Shown one piece after another: positions 10,786 through 23,077 of a stretch of DNA of 64,000 nucleotides. The notes under the pieces are model-generated. The model ran no database searches. It was given only the letters and a program-made list of their open reading frames with translations, and was not told the origin of the DNA. Each line of letters opens with the position of its first letter. The stretch's first letter is position 1. This DNA is from Bacteroidota bacterium. Lineage in GTDB: Bacteria > Bacteroidota > Ignavibacteria > UBA10030. The stretch is from contig JALONQ010000003.1 in NCBI GenBank assembly GCA_025454835.1, positions 67,273-131,272 on the forward strand, read 5' to 3'. A program made the position numbers and the translations under genes.

Positions 10786-12564
10786 ATGGAACGCACTCAA
10801 ACTCTCGGATTCGTACTCATCTTCGTCGTGCTCGTTGCTTGGATCTGGCTGAACACGCCGCCGCCCGCGCCGCCAGACCAGCGCACGGCGACGGCTCAGG
10901 TTGACTCGGCGGCGCCGAAGGCAGCACCCTCCCCCCTTATTGTCGCTCCTCGCGACACGGGCATCACCGACAAGACGGGCCGCTTCTTTCGGGGCCGCGA
11001 CAACGGGACGCCGCAGACGATCACGATCGAGACCGACCTCTTCCGCGCCGAGCTTTCGACGAAGGGGGCCTCGATCAAGTCCTGGGAGCTCAAAGGGCAC
11101 GACACGTGGGACCGCCATCCGGTGCAGATGGTGGACCGGTCGTCGGGAGATTTCGGCATTCTGTTCGGCACGATGGACGGCAAGACGCTGTCGAGCCGCG
11201 ATCTCTTCTTCAACGCCGCTCCCGGCGCAAGGTCGGTGCGGTTGGATGCAAATAATTTTGAATTTGAAATTATTTTCACGCTGCCGGCATCGAACGGCGG
11301 CGCGTTGCGCAAGGTGTACCGGTTCCGAAACGACAGGCATGGCGCCGACGTGCGATACGAGTTTGCGGATCTCGGTTCGGTCATCGCCAACTACGAGTAT
11401 CAGATCACGTGGGACCGCGGCGTGCCGTTCGCCGAACGTAACAGCGTGGACGAAGCCGGCCACGCGGCGGCGTACGCGTACGCGGGCTCAGAGTTGACGA
11501 AGATCGACGCGTCGTCGATTGGCGAGCCGGTGTCGCGTTCGCTCGGAGGCAGGGTTGACTGGGTGGCGATGCGGAACAAGTACTTCGGCGTGGCCTTCAT
11601 TCCCCAGGGTAGTGCTTCGGAAGGCGCGGTGCTCGAGGGCCATCGGACAACTGAACGCGACAATGGCGTATTGGAGCACTACGAGATGGCCCTTCGCATG
11701 CCGTATACGGCCACCGCGGTCGAGACGGCGTCGGTTCGTTTGTTCATTGGGCCGCTCGACATCGACGTGCTCCGGTCGTACGGCGTGGGGCTCGAAAGCA
11801 TCATGAGCCTCGGCTGGACCTGGTTGATCAGGCCCATCGCCGAATGGGCGTTCCTTCCTCTCTTCCGCGGCATCCACTACTTCATACCGAACTGGGGGAT
11901 GGTCATCATTCTCTTCTCCCTCATCGTAAAGGTGCTGCTCCACCCGCTGACCCGGGCGAGCATGAAGTCGATGAAGAAGATGCAATCGCTGCAGCCACTG
12001 ATGGAGGAGATCAAGGAGAAGCACAAGGACGACCCGGCCAAGATGAACCAAGCCGTGATGAATCTCTACAAGGAGTACGGCGTCAACCCGGCCGGGGGCT
12101 GTCTGCCGATCCTCTTGCAGCTGCCCATCATGTACGCGCTCTTCGTGATGTTCCAGTCGATCGTCGAACTGCGCCACGCGGAATTCGTTTGGTGGATCAC
12201 CGACCTGTCGGTGCCCGACGTCCTGTTCACGCTCCCCTTCCACGTTCCGCTCTTCGGCTTCTCCGAAGTGAGCGGCATCGCGCTTCTGATGGGCATCACC
12301 ATGTTTGTCCAGCAGAAGATGACAGTGAAAGATCCGCGCCAGAAGATGATGGTGTGGCTAATGCCGATCATGATGACGCTCCTCTTCAACTCGTTCCCCT
12401 CGGGGCTCAACCTTTACTACACGGTCTTCAATGTGCTTTCGATCGGCCAGCAGATGTGGACGAACCGTCAAGACGACGAGCCGTTGCGAAAGGTCGAGCC
12501 GAAGAAGAAGCGCGGCGGCGGGATCTTCCGCTACGCGAAAGACATGCCGCGACTGAAGCGGTAG
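10786..12564 (+). CDS. yidC: Membrane protein insertase YidC/Oxa1
   Basis: 592-aa ORF with an N-terminal TM segment, a large periplasmic P1 domain, and a C-terminal 5-TM Oxa1 core (…MEEIKEKHKDDPAKMNQAVMNLYKEYGVNPAGGCLPILLQLPIMYALF…). Confidence 0.95.
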   Translation: MERTQTLGFVLIFVVLVAWIWLNTPPPAPPDQRTATAQVDSAAPKAAPSPLIVAPRDTGITDKTGRFFRGRDNGTPQTITIETDLFRAELSTKGASIKSWELKGHDTWDRHPVQMVDRSSGDFGILFGTMDGKTLSSRDLFFNAAPGARSVRLDANNFEFEIIFTLPASNGGALRKVYRFRNDRHGADVRYEFADLGSVIANYEYQITWDRGVPFAERNSVDEAGHAAAYAYAGSELTKIDASSIGEPVSRSLGGRVDWVAMRNKYFGVAFIPQGSASEGAVLEGHRTTERDNGVLEHYEMALRMPYTATAVETASVRLFIGPLDIDVLRSYGVGLESIMSLGWTWLIRPIAEWAFLPLFRGIHYFIPNWGMVIILFSLIVKVLLHPLTRASMKSMKKMQSLQPLMEEIKEKHKDDPAKMNQAVMNLYKEYGVNPAGGCLPILLQLPIMYALFVMFQSIVELRHAEFVWWITDLSVPDVLFTLPFHVPLFGFSEVSGIALLMGITMFVQQKMTVKDPRQKMMVWLMPIMMTLLFNSFPSGLNLYYTVFNVLSIGQQMWTNRQDDEPLRKVEPKKKRGGGIFRYAKDMPRLKR

Positions 12565-12636
12565 CATCTTCGCAACAAGGCTTCGCGCAGCGAGTGCCGC
12601 ACGAAGAGCCCTTCGATCTACGTTGACCGATGAACG

Positions 12637-12673
12637 CGGCCCCGGGTGACCCCCGGGGCCGTTCCTGTTCTGT
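12637..12673 (+). terminator. Candidate rho-independent terminator after yidC
   Basis: Perfect 10-bp stem (cggccccggg / cccggggccg) with loop tgac at 12637-12661, followed by the T-rich tract ttcctgttctgtg. Confidence 0.5.
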
Positions 12674-12733
12674 GCCGTTGGAAAACGGTCCCGCCTTTCG
12701 TACATTCACTCCCCTTCCACCGCCGTCAGCCCC

Positions 12734-14110
12734 ATGAAGCCATCCATCGACACGATCGTCGCGATCGCAACACCGCCAGGCGAAGGCGGCATTGCCGTCC
12801 TGCGCGTGAGCGGACCGGAGGCTGTGGCGATCGTCGATCGTCGATTCCGCGCTCCGACACCGCTGGCGTCAGCAGCGTCGCACACGGCCCATGTCGGTGC
12901 GATCTGCGATGCGGCTGGGGAGCGCATCGATCAGGTCGTCTGCACCGTCTTTCGTGCCCCACATTCGTACACGGGCGAAGATGTTGTTGAGGTCAGCTGC
13001 CACGGAGGGACGCTCACGTCGCGCCGCGTCATGGGCGTCCTGCTTGAGACCGGCGCAGAGATGGCGCGGCCCGGCGAGTTCACGAAGCGAGCGTTCCTCA
13101 ACGGCAAAATGGACCTGGCGCAAGCCGAAGCCGTGGCGGAGTTGATTCACGCCAGGTCCGACGCGGCGCGCAGAATATCGCTCGAGCAATTGGCCGGGCG
13201 GTTGTCGTCCGAGGTGCAGACGCTTCGGCGGTCGCTCATGGATGCCGTTGGCCTGCTGGAACTCGAGCTCGACTTCGCCGAAGACGGGTATGAGTTCCTG
13301 GACCGATCGAAGATCCGGGAACTCCTGAACGATGCCGGATCTTCGCTTCGGCGGCTGCTTGAGAGCTATCGAGCCGGAAAGGTCTTTCGAGACGGCGTGA
13401 AGCTGGTCCTGACCGGAGCCCCCAACGCCGGAAAGTCGAGCCTGTTGAATGCTCTTCTCAAAGAGAGCCGGGCAATCGTTACCGAGGTCCCCGGCACGAC
13501 GCGTGACGTGATCGAAGAGGGGCTCTCGATCGGAGGCGTGTTGTTCCGGGTGGTCGATACAGCCGGACTTCGGCCAACATCGGACCCCGTGGAGCGCGAG
13601 GGCGTTGAGCGTGCTCACGAGCAGCTTCGGTCGGCCGACGTGGTCATTTGGGTCGTGGACCTCATGGCGCCGATCCAGCCGACGAAAGAAGCGATCGAGT
13701 CGATCGGCAGTTCGCACGTCATCGTCGCGCTCAACAAGTCAGATGTCATCGCGCGGAGTTCGAGCACTCGCATGGACATCGAGGACGACTCACGGGCGCT
13801 GAGGATCTCGGCGAAGACGGGCGACGGCATTCAGAGGCTCGAGGAGGAGATGTTGGCCGTGGCAGTCGGTCGGACGCCGTCCGACAACACCGAGGGGGCC
13901 ACGGTAACCAATGCCCGCCACTATGACGTTCTGAGACGCGCCAGCAGGTCGCTGACATTGGCACTTGAATCGCTGGAGGGGGGCAAGACAGGGGAGTTCC
14001 TTGCCCTCGACATCAGGGAGGCGCTTAACACGTTGGCCGAACTTACGGGCGAAGTGACCACCGACGACATCATGAACGCAGTATTTTCGAAGTTCTGCAT
14101 CGGGAAGTAG
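12734..14110 (+). CDS. mnmE: tRNA modification GTPase MnmE
   Basis: 458-aa ORF with G1-G4 GTPase motifs (GAPNAGKSSLLNAL, DTAGLR, NKSD) and the universal C-terminal CIGK. Confidence 0.96.
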   Translation: MKPSIDTIVAIATPPGEGGIAVLRVSGPEAVAIVDRRFRAPTPLASAASHTAHVGAICDAAGERIDQVVCTVFRAPHSYTGEDVVEVSCHGGTLTSRRVMGVLLETGAEMARPGEFTKRAFLNGKMDLAQAEAVAELIHARSDAARRISLEQLAGRLSSEVQTLRRSLMDAVGLLELELDFAEDGYEFLDRSKIRELLNDAGSSLRRLLESYRAGKVFRDGVKLVLTGAPNAGKSSLLNALLKESRAIVTEVPGTTRDVIEEGLSIGGVLFRVVDTAGLRPTSDPVEREGVERAHEQLRSADVVIWVVDLMAPIQPTKEAIESIGSSHVIVALNKSDVIARSSSTRMDIEDDSRALRISAKTGDGIQRLEEEMLAVAVGRTPSDNTEGATVTNARHYDVLRRASRSLTLALESLEGGKTGEFLALDIREALNTLAELTGEVTTDDIMNAVFSKFCIGK

Positions 14111-14115
14111 GAAAG

Positions 14116-14130
14116 GTTTCACGTGGAACA
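14116..14130 (+). promoter_or_regulatory. Copy 1 of the exact 15-nt motif GTTTCACGTGGAACA (palindromic CACGTG core), in the mnmE-mnmG spacer
   Basis: Lies 5 nt after the mnmE stop. An identical 15-mer recurs at 16094-16108 at the mnmG-rsmG junction. Confidence 0.6.
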
Positions 14131-14173
14131 ACCGGAGACCCAAAGCGTATCGCGGGGCGACATCTAGTCAGCC

Positions 14174-16093
14174 ATGGCTGTCAGCGAAATGAAATACGAC
14201 GTCGTCGTTGGCGGTGCCGGCCACGCTGGCCTTGAAGCAGCCATGGCGGCCGCGAGAATGGGTGCGTCCGTTCTTGTTGTAACGATGGATTGCAAGGCCA
14301 TTGGAAGGATGTCCTGCAATCCTGCTATTGGCGGAACAGCCAAGGGGCACCTTGTGCGAGAGATTGACGCCCTTGGCGGAGAAATGGCGAAGATCGCAGA
14401 CGCAACGGGCATTCACTTTCGAATGCTGAACCTCTCCAAGGGTCCCGCCGTTTGGTCTCCCAGGTGTCAGAACGACCGTGAGGCCTACTCAAGGGAAGCG
14501 GGGAAGAGACTTGGATCGATCGAAGGTATTGCGTTTCTTGAGGATGCGGTTGTGGACGTGGCGGTTGAAGTGGGCCCCAAGCCGTTCCCACACAAGCTTG
14601 TAGGGGTGGTCACGGCGAAGGGCAAGAGGGTCTCCTGCCGATCGTTTGTCTTGAGCTCTGGCACGTTCATGCGAGCGATCATGCACACCGGACTAACCCA
14701 CGAGAAGGGAGGGAGGTTCGGTGAGGGGGCCTCCTATGGACTGACAGAGCGACTAGAGTCCTTGGGATTCGTCAGCGGACGATTGAAAACCGGAACGCCC
14801 CCCAGGGTATCGCTGGAGTCCATCGACCTCCCCGCCGTCGAACCCCAACATTCCGACTCCCCGCCGAGACCACTTTCGTTCTCGACTCAACGCATAGAGA
14901 ACCGCCTGATTCCGATGTACCTGACTTACACGAGTCCGACCACACACGAGGCGCTGAGAAGAGGATTCGACCGATCCCCGATGTTCACTGGACGAATCAA
15001 AGGCGTGGGTCCTCGCTATTGTCCGTCGATTGAGGACAAGATCAACCGCTTTGCAGACAAGGACCGCCATCAGATCTACCTGGAGCCCGAGGGATACGAG
15101 ACAGACACCGTCTACGTGAATGGTTTTTCGACCAGCCTGCCGGAGGAGGTTCAACTGGAGGGCCTTCGGACCGTCCAGGGGTTGGAAAAGGTTCGAATGC
15201 TGCGCCCCGGATACGCTGTGGAATACGACTTCTTTCCCCCCCACCAGGCATCGGCAACGCTAGAGACGAAACTGGTCATGGGGCTCTTCTTTGCCGGGCA
15301 GATCAACGGCACCTCGGGTTACGAGGAGGCTGCTGGCCAAGGCCTCATCGCCGGCATCAACTCAGCCCTCAGGTCTCGAGGAGGAGGGGAGATGTTCCAC
15401 GTGAAACGCTCTGATGGGTATCTTGGGGTCATGGTGGACGACCTGGTAACCAAGAGTACCGAGGAGCCATATCGGATGTTCACGTCAAGGGCAGAGTATC
15501 GCCTTCTGCTCCGGCAAGACAACGCCGATCGCCGGCTTACGAGAATGGGGGCCAAGTTGGGGTTGGTGGAATCGGCAACACTCGCCAGGCTTGATGCCAA
15601 AGAACGGGCGATCGTGCGTCTTAGCACATTGACGTCAAGAACAACAGTTGCACCCTCGACGATCAATGGGCACCTTGAAGCCGTCGGGACGGAGACCATC
15701 GACGCTCCCGACAAGCTGATCCGCCTGGTGAAAAGGTCCGAGGTATCGCTCGAAGGACTTCTTGGAGTTTCCGAGCTCTGGTCGGAGGGAGCGCTGGATT
15801 TCGCTCGGGAAGGGATGGATGAGCGAACTTGGTCAGAAGTCGTCGAACAGGTCGATATCGAGGCCAAGTATGAGGGTTACGTTTCCCGGCAACGCGAGCA
15901 GGTCCTTCGATTCGACTCCTTCGAGGAACAGGCGATACCGGGAGACCTCGATTATGACCGCATCCCATCGCTTTCGTCGGAAGGGCGCGAAAGGCTCTCC
16001 CGCATGAAACCGGAAACGATCGGCCAAGCCTCGCGGATATCCGGAGTGACCTCTTCCGATGTTTCTGTGCTCATGGTCTTTCTGAAAGAGTGA
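14174..16093 (+). CDS. mnmG: tRNA uridine 5-carboxymethylaminomethyl modification enzyme MnmG (GidA)
   Basis: 639-aa ORF with an N-terminal FAD-binding motif (YDVVVGGAGHAGLEAAMAAARMG) and conserved GidA core motifs. Confidence 0.96.
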   Translation: MAVSEMKYDVVVGGAGHAGLEAAMAAARMGASVLVVTMDCKAIGRMSCNPAIGGTAKGHLVREIDALGGEMAKIADATGIHFRMLNLSKGPAVWSPRCQNDREAYSREAGKRLGSIEGIAFLEDAVVDVAVEVGPKPFPHKLVGVVTAKGKRVSCRSFVLSSGTFMRAIMHTGLTHEKGGRFGEGASYGLTERLESLGFVSGRLKTGTPPRVSLESIDLPAVEPQHSDSPPRPLSFSTQRIENRLIPMYLTYTSPTTHEALRRGFDRSPMFTGRIKGVGPRYCPSIEDKINRFADKDRHQIYLEPEGYETDTVYVNGFSTSLPEEVQLEGLRTVQGLEKVRMLRPGYAVEYDFFPPHQASATLETKLVMGLFFAGQINGTSGYEEAAGQGLIAGINSALRSRGGGEMFHVKRSDGYLGVMVDDLVTKSTEEPYRMFTSRAEYRLLLRQDNADRRLTRMGAKLGLVESATLARLDAKERAIVRLSTLTSRTTVAPSTINGHLEAVGTETIDAPDKLIRLVKRSEVSLEGLLGVSELWSEGALDFAREGMDERTWSEVVEQVDIEAKYEGYVSRQREQVLRFDSFEEQAIPGDLDYDRIPSLSSEGRERLSRMKPETIGQASRISGVTSSDVSVLMVFLKE

Positions 16094-16108
16094 GTTTCAC
16101 GTGGAACA
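16094..16108 (+). promoter_or_regulatory. Copy 2 of GTTTCACGTGGAACA, overlapping the GTG start of rsmG
   Basis: Begins immediately after the mnmG stop (TGA at 16091-16093). The GTG of the CACGTG core (16101) is the predicted rsmG start codon. Confidence 0.6.
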
Positions 16109-16829
16109 CACCGCAAACACATTATCTTCCACCGTCGGCCCAGAGCCAACCCTGTGGCTGCGAACGCTCTTGGTGAAGAACGGTCATCCGGCCACCGATG
16201 AGCAGCTGCAGCAACTCGCATCATTTGTGGACCTCCTGCTCGAGTGGAACGCGAAGATCAACCTGATCTCACGCAAGGACGAGGCCAACGTCTGGCGAGC
16301 ACACATCCTGCATTCCGCAGCCATTCTGCTCCAAGCTGAGATCCCCCAGAAGTCGAAAGTGCTCGACCTAGGATCCGGAGGCGGGCTCCCCGGACTGGTC
16401 ATCAAAGTGCTTCGACCCGACCTTGACATGACCTGCCTCGACGCCACACGCAAAAAGATGGATGCTGTAGCCGATATCGCCCGGCGACTTGGGCTTCGCG
16501 ACTGCGCCACGGCCTGGGGACGCGCTGAGGACCTTGGGAGGGACAAGTGGTTCAACGCCAACTATGATGTGGTCGTCGCACGGGCTGTTGCCCCACTCCG
16601 CGACCTGGTGAAATGGTCCATGCCCTTCCTGCGTCCTCCACACGCGAAGCTCATCACGCTCAAAGGCGGCGACCTGGACCAGGAGCGCGGACAGGCAGAA
16701 CGCCTTCCCGGTGTCCGCACGATCCACGAATCAACGCTCAGCTTCGCCGGGGCCGAACAGATCCCCGGAGTGGACAAAAAGATCGTCATTGTCGATTTTG
16801 ACCTTCGCACAACGAGACCAATTCCGTGA
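16101..16829 (+). CDS. rsmG: 16S rRNA (guanine527-N7)-methyltransferase RsmG (GidB)
   Basis: 242-aa ORF with a GTG start. It carries a SAM-binding motif (VLDLGSGGGLPGLV) and sits in conserved mnmG-rsmG synteny. Confidence 0.9.
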   Translation: MEHTANTLSSTVGPEPTLWLRTLLVKNGHPATDEQLQQLASFVDLLLEWNAKINLISRKDEANVWRAHILHSAAILLQAEIPQKSKVLDLGSGGGLPGLVIKVLRPDLDMTCLDATRKKMDAVADIARRLGLRDCATAWGRAEDLGRDKWFNANYDVVVARAVAPLRDLVKWSMPFLRPPHAKLITLKGGDLDQERGQAERLPGVRTIHESTLSFAGAEQIPGVDKKIVIVDFDLRTTRPIP

Positions 16830-17794
16830 CCGAATCCAAGCAGCTGTTCGAACAACTGAAGAGCCTCACAACCGAGCAACGCAATCCCGCCAGCATGAAC
16901 ATCGACGCCCGGTCGACCGAGGAGATCTTGACGATCATCAACGCTGAGGATCAGCGGATCGCCTCCGCCGTGCAGTCCCAGATCCCCCACATCACACAGG
17001 CGGTCGAGCTCGTCGTCCACGCCTTCTTGGCAGGGGGCCGGCTTCTCTATGCGGGGGCTGGAACGTCGGGACGCCTCGGCGTGCTCGACGCGGTCGAGTG
17101 TCCGCCGACGTTCGGCGTGGACCCGGAGCTTGTCCAGGGAATGATCGCCGGGGGAGAGAAGGCGATGTTCCGCGCGCAGGAGGGTGCCGAAGACAAAGAA
17201 GCGTTCGGCGCGGCGGACATCGATGCGCGCCACGTCGGCCCGAAGGATGTCGTGTGTGGCATCGCGGCCAGTCTGCGCACACCGTATGTGATCGGCGCGG
17301 TGAAGCGCGCAAAGGAGCTCGGCGCGAAGACGCTGTATGTCACGACCAACCCGCGGTCCCGATTCGATGAAGAACCGTATCACGCATTGCGCGCAGCCCT
17401 CGACATCGCCATCTGTCCAGAAGTGGGGCCCGAGGTGATCATGGGCTCGACACGCATGAAGTCAGGCACGGCCCAGAAACTTGTACTGAACATGATCACG
17501 ACGGCCGCCATGATCCGCCTCGGTAAGGTCTACGAGAACATGATGATCGACCTGCAGATGACGAACCTGAAGCTCAGAGAACGGGCGAAGCGAGTGGTCA
17601 TGACGATCACGGGCGTCTCGTATGAAACGGCGGCGGCCATGCTCGACCAGGCCGGAGGTCATGTGAAGACGGCGCTGGTGATGATCAAGGCGAACGTCGG
17701 CCGGGATGAAGCGGCGGCACGCCTGAGACGCGCCGAAGGATTTGTGCGCGCCGCGATCGAAGGGAACGAGTATCACATCGCGAAGGAGCATTGA
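16826..17794 (+). CDS. murQ: N-acetylmuramic acid 6-phosphate etherase
   Basis: 322-aa ORF with a SIS domain (…RLLYAGAGTSGRLGVLDAVECPPTFGV…, …GSTRMKSGTAQKLVLNMITT…). It overlaps the rsmG stop by 4 nt. Confidence 0.88.
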   Translation: MTESKQLFEQLKSLTTEQRNPASMNIDARSTEEILTIINAEDQRIASAVQSQIPHITQAVELVVHAFLAGGRLLYAGAGTSGRLGVLDAVECPPTFGVDPELVQGMIAGGEKAMFRAQEGAEDKEAFGAADIDARHVGPKDVVCGIAASLRTPYVIGAVKRAKELGAKTLYVTTNPRSRFDEEPYHALRAALDIAICPEVGPEVIMGSTRMKSGTAQKLVLNMITTAAMIRLGKVYENMMIDLQMTNLKLRERAKRVVMTITGVSYETAAAMLDQAGGHVKTALVMIKANVGRDEAAARLRRAEGFVRAAIEGNEYHIAKEH

Positions 17795-18504
17795 TGGCGA
17801 ATCCGCTTGCAGACCTCGACGAGCATCCTCCGTTCGAAGGCTTTCCGAAAGAAGGCATCACGTTCCTCCGCCGGCTGAAGAGGAACAACCGCCGAGAATG
17901 GTTCGCCGAGCACAAGACGGAGTATGAGGACCTCGTCAAGGCGCCGATGCAGTCGCTTATCGCGTCGCTGCGTCCGCACGTTGAACACTTCGCGCCCGAG
18001 TTCGAACTCAACCCCCGGACGTCGATCTTCCGCGTCTATCGCGACACGCGCTTCAGCAGCGACAAGACGCCGTACAAAACGCACGTCGCGGCGCACTTCG
18101 TGCTGCGAGGTGCGCCGAAAGGATTTCTCGGCTCGGGCTACTACATGGAGGTGGAGCCGGGCGGCGCGTACGTCGGCGGCGGCATCTACATGCCGGAGGG
18201 CGATCAGCTGAAGAAAATCCGTGCGGCGATCGACCGGCAACGCAGCGATTTCCTGTCGATCATCAACGCGAAGCCGTTTCGACGACGATTCGGCAAGCTG
18301 GAAGGAGCGACGTTACAGCGAATGCCAAAGGGATACGACGACGAGCATCCGCTGGGCAAGTGGCTCAAGCTGAAGCAATTCTTCGCGGGGGAGTCGATGC
18401 CTGTTGCGAAAGCGATGCGCGCGTCGTTCGTCACGGACGTCGCCGCGGTGTGCGAAACGCTGACGCCGCTCGTACGTTTTCTAAATGACGCACTGCGCCG
18501 TTGA
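17791..18504 (+). CDS. TIGR02453 / DUF2461 family protein
   Basis: 237-aa ORF (…[39 protein letters not shown]…[21 protein letters not shown]…[15 protein letters not shown]…) with a conserved family signature. It overlaps the murQ stop. Confidence 0.8.
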   Translation: MMANPLADLDEHPPFEGFPKEGITFLRRLKRNNRREWFAEHKTEYEDLVKAPMQSLIASLRPHVEHFAPEFELNPRTSIFRVYRDTRFSSDKTPYKTHVAAHFVLRGAPKGFLGSGYYMEVEPGGAYVGGGIYMPEGDQLKKIRAAIDRQRSDFLSIINAKPFRRRFGKLEGATLQRMPKGYDDEHPLGKWLKLKQFFAGESMPVAKAMRASFVTDVAAVCETLTPLVRFLNDALRR

Positions 18505-18619
18505 GGTGCCGACGCGGATCGGGCACGAAAAACACTTTAAATTCAAAACATTATTCGTGCGCCGTTAACGCCGCGAGCCGTTGCGCCTGCGGCGATTCAT
18601 GGCTATCTTGTGTTCTACC

Positions 18620-18644
18620 ACCGTCCGATCGCCGGACGGTTTTG
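18620..18644 (+). promoter_or_regulatory. Perfect 8-bp inverted repeat (ACCGTCCG-atcgc-CGGACGGT) followed by TTTTG, 40 nt upstream of lon
   Basis: Stem 18620-18627 / 18633-18640, then T4. Either a weak terminator for the upstream DUF2461 gene or an operator in the lon promoter region. An AT-rich tract lies at 18521-18553 further upstream. Confidence 0.4.
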
Positions 18645-18683
18645 CATTCTTATCCCCGCCCGCGAGCTTTGGCGCGGCCCGCT

Positions 18684-21098
18684 ATGACCGAACTCGACCC
18701 CCAGGCCCCCGCACCACACGTTGAGACCATTGATCAGATCCCTACGACGCTGCCGGTTCTGCCGTTGCGCGACGTGGTCATCTATCCTTATATGATCTTC
18801 CCCGTCCTCGTCGGCCGCGAATCATCCCTGAGGGCGGCGGCAGCGGCCATGGAGCGGGGCAAGAACATCTTCTTGGCGGCACAAAAGAGCGCCTCCGTCG
18901 ACGACCCCGGCCCAGAAGACATCTATCGCAACGGCTCCGTCGCCAAGATCGTCCAGATGCTCCGCCTGCCGAACGGCCTCATGAAGATCCTGGTCGACGG
19001 GCTCGTCCAGGCGTCGGTCCGAGCGTTCACCGACCGGAAGGAGTTCCTCGAGGCGGAGATCGCCATCAACACCACCGAACTGCCGGCCGACAAGGAGATC
19101 GAAGCGCTCGTGCGCCACACGACGACGCTCTTTACGGAATACGTCCGGCTCAACCGCAACATCCCCGGCGAAGTGCTGATGACGTTCGAGGGCATCAAGG
19201 AGCCGCAGCGCAAGATGTTCTACATGGCGGCCAACATTGCGCAGAGCGTCGACGTCAAGCAGCGCATCCTCGACCTGACCCGCCTTCGCGACCAGCTCTT
19301 CGAGATCTCGAAGATCCTGACCACCGAGGTGGAGATCCTCAAGATCGAACGCGACATCGACTCGAAGGTTCAAGACAACATCCAGAAGTCACAGCGCAAG
19401 TTCTTCATCCAGGAACAGATCCGCATTCTGCAGGATGAGCTGGGGGAGGACGAGGCCTCGCCGGAGCTGGCAAAGATCAAGGAACAGATCGACAAGGCGG
19501 GTATGCCCCCGGAGGCCCTGGCGAAGGCGATGGAGGAATTCAACAAGCTCAAGAAGACGCCGTCGATGTCGCCGGAGTTCACGGTGACCCGCAACTACCT
19601 CGACTGGATGGTGGCGGTTCCCTGGAAGACCCGGACGAAGGACCAACTTGATATCGAGCACGTGCGGAGCATCTTGGACGAGGACCATTACGGCCTCGAC
19701 AAACCGAAAGATCGCATCCTGGAGCATATCGCCGTCCTCAACCTCGTCAAGGACATGAAAGGACAGATCCTCTGCTTCGTCGGCCCCCCGGGGGTCGGCA
19801 AGACGTCGCTCGCCCGCTCGATCGCGCGTGGCCTGGGGCGCAAGTTCGTGCGTATCTCCCTCGGCGGCGTGCGCGACGAGGCAGAGATCCGGGGACATCG
19901 GCGCACCTACATCGGTTCGATGCCGGGCAAGATCATTCAGTCGATGAAGCGCGCCGGCAGCGTCAATCCGGTCATCCTGATGGACGAAGTGGACAAGATG
20001 AGCATGGACTTCCGCGGCGACCCGTCGTCGGCCCTGCTGGAGGTCCTTGATCCCGAGCAGAACGTGGCGTTCAACGACCACTATCTCGAGGTCGACTACG
20101 ATCTGTCAAAGGTCATGTTCATTACGACCGCCAACGTGCGATACAGCATTCCGCTGCCCTTGCAGGACCGCATGGAGATCATTGAGCTGCCGGGCTATCT
20201 TGAGCACGAAAAGAAAGAGATCGCCCGCCGGCACATCATACCAAAGCAACTCGAAGCGCACGGTCTGAAGGACAAAGCCATCACCTTTGACGACGAGGCC
20301 ATCCTCAAGGTCATCCGCGACTACACGCGCGAGGCCGGCGTTCGTAATCTGGAACGCGAGACGGCGTCCGTTTGCCGCAAGGTGGCCAAAGATATCGTGC
20401 TGGCGAAGCGCGGGAATGGACACGCAGCCGGAAAGGGAAAGAAGAAGGGGGCAAAGCCAAAGGTCCTTCAGGTCACGCCGGCATCGGTCGAACGCTATCT
20501 GGGCGTACCACGATTCCGCACGAAGGCGGCAGAGCGCAAGCCTCGTATCGGCTCGGTGACGGGCTTGGCGTGGACGAGCGTTGGGGGCGACATTCTGAAC
20601 GTCGACGTCACGATCATGCGCGGAACAGAGCGCCTGACGCTCACCGGACAGCTGGGCGACGTCATGAAGGAATCCGCCCAAGCGGCGCTGTCGTATCTGC
20701 GGTCGAACGCCAAAGAGCTGGGCATTGCCGTCGACTTCCAAAAGGGACGCGAGATCCATATCCATCTCCCGGAAGGAGCGATCCCGAAGGATGGACCGTC
20801 GGCGGGTATTACGATGGCCATGGCGATCATGTCGGCCGCGCGCGGCGTGCCGGCGCGGAGCGACGTCGCCATGACGGGCGAGATCACGCTGCGCGGCAAC
20901 GTGCTCGCGATCGGCGGACTGAACGAGAAGCTGCTGGCCGCGCAACGGAGCGGCATCACGACGGTCCTCATTCCGAGCGAGAACGAGAAGGACCTGACCG
21001 AGATCCCGGCGAAGGTCAAAGAAGGACTGACGATCATTCCGGTGGACACCATCCGCGAAGCGGCGCAACACGTGTTCGGCAAGCGTCGTCGTCGCTGA
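18684..21098 (+). CDS. lon: ATP-dependent protease La (Lon)
   Basis: ORF 18501..21098 with a 61-aa unlikely N-terminal extension. The true start is probably Met at 18684 (MTELDPQ…[22 protein letters not shown], a Lon N-domain). It has a Walker A ([15 protein letters not shown]) and the protease Ser motif ([18 protein letters not shown]). Confidence 0.96.
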   Translation: MTELDPQAPAPHVETIDQIPTTLPVLPLRDVVIYPYMIFPVLVGRESSLRAAAAAMERGKNIFLAAQKSASVDDPGPEDIYRNGSVAKIVQMLRLPNGLMKILVDGLVQASVRAFTDRKEFLEAEIAINTTELPADKEIEALVRHTTTLFTEYVRLNRNIPGEVLMTFEGIKEPQRKMFYMAANIAQSVDVKQRILDLTRLRDQLFEISKILTTEVEILKIERDIDSKVQDNIQKSQRKFFIQEQIRILQDELGEDEASPELAKIKEQIDKAGMPPEALAKAMEEFNKLKKTPSMSPEFTVTRNYLDWMVAVPWKTRTKDQLDIEHVRSILDEDHYGLDKPKDRILEHIAVLNLVKDMKGQILCFVGPPGVGKTSLARSIARGLGRKFVRISLGGVRDEAEIRGHRRTYIGSMPGKIIQSMKRAGSVNPVILMDEVDKMSMDFRGDPSSALLEVLDPEQNVAFNDHYLEVDYDLSKVMFITTANVRYSIPLPLQDRMEIIELPGYLEHEKKEIARRHIIPKQLEAHGLKDKAITFDDEAILKVIRDYTREAGVRNLERETASVCRKVAKDIVLAKRGNGHAAGKGKKKGAKPKVLQVTPASVERYLGVPRFRTKAAERKPRIGSVTGLAWTSVGGDILNVDVTIMRGTERLTLTGQLGDVMKESAQAALSYLRSNAKELGIAVDFQKGREIHIHLPEGAIPKDGPSAGITMAMAIMSAARGVPARSDVAMTGEITLRGNVLAIGGLNEKLLAAQRSGITTVLIPSENEKDLTEIPAKVKEGLTIIPVDTIREAAQHVFGKRRRR

Positions 21099-21138
21099 GA
21101 TTTCCTTTCACCCGTTTCCTTCGTACCATACCCACGCT

Positions 21139-22938
<1,800 letters not shown>

Positions 22939-23077
22939 GGGTCATCTCAGAAGAGTCCCCCGCAGTGTTGCGGAAGACCCAAGTTCTGTTCACGGCGTGG
23001 CCAAATGGTGGTGGTTCACGTAATGAGGGGTTGTTGTCGCGCCGATCGGACCATTCCGAGCGGAACCCGTCCACTCC

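Noticed and set aside
18501-18683. In-frame N-terminal extensions of several ORFs (lon 18501, dnaN to 7719, GT1 to 26529, serine hydrolase to 47862, OMP to 49508, pdxJ 49436, TPR 38733, amidohydrolase 55976, GNAT fusion 57136)
   Set aside because: The extensions are Arg/Pro-rich, lack homology, and often overlap upstream genes or promoters. Internal Met codons give canonical N-termini or signal peptides, so the shorter forms were annotated.
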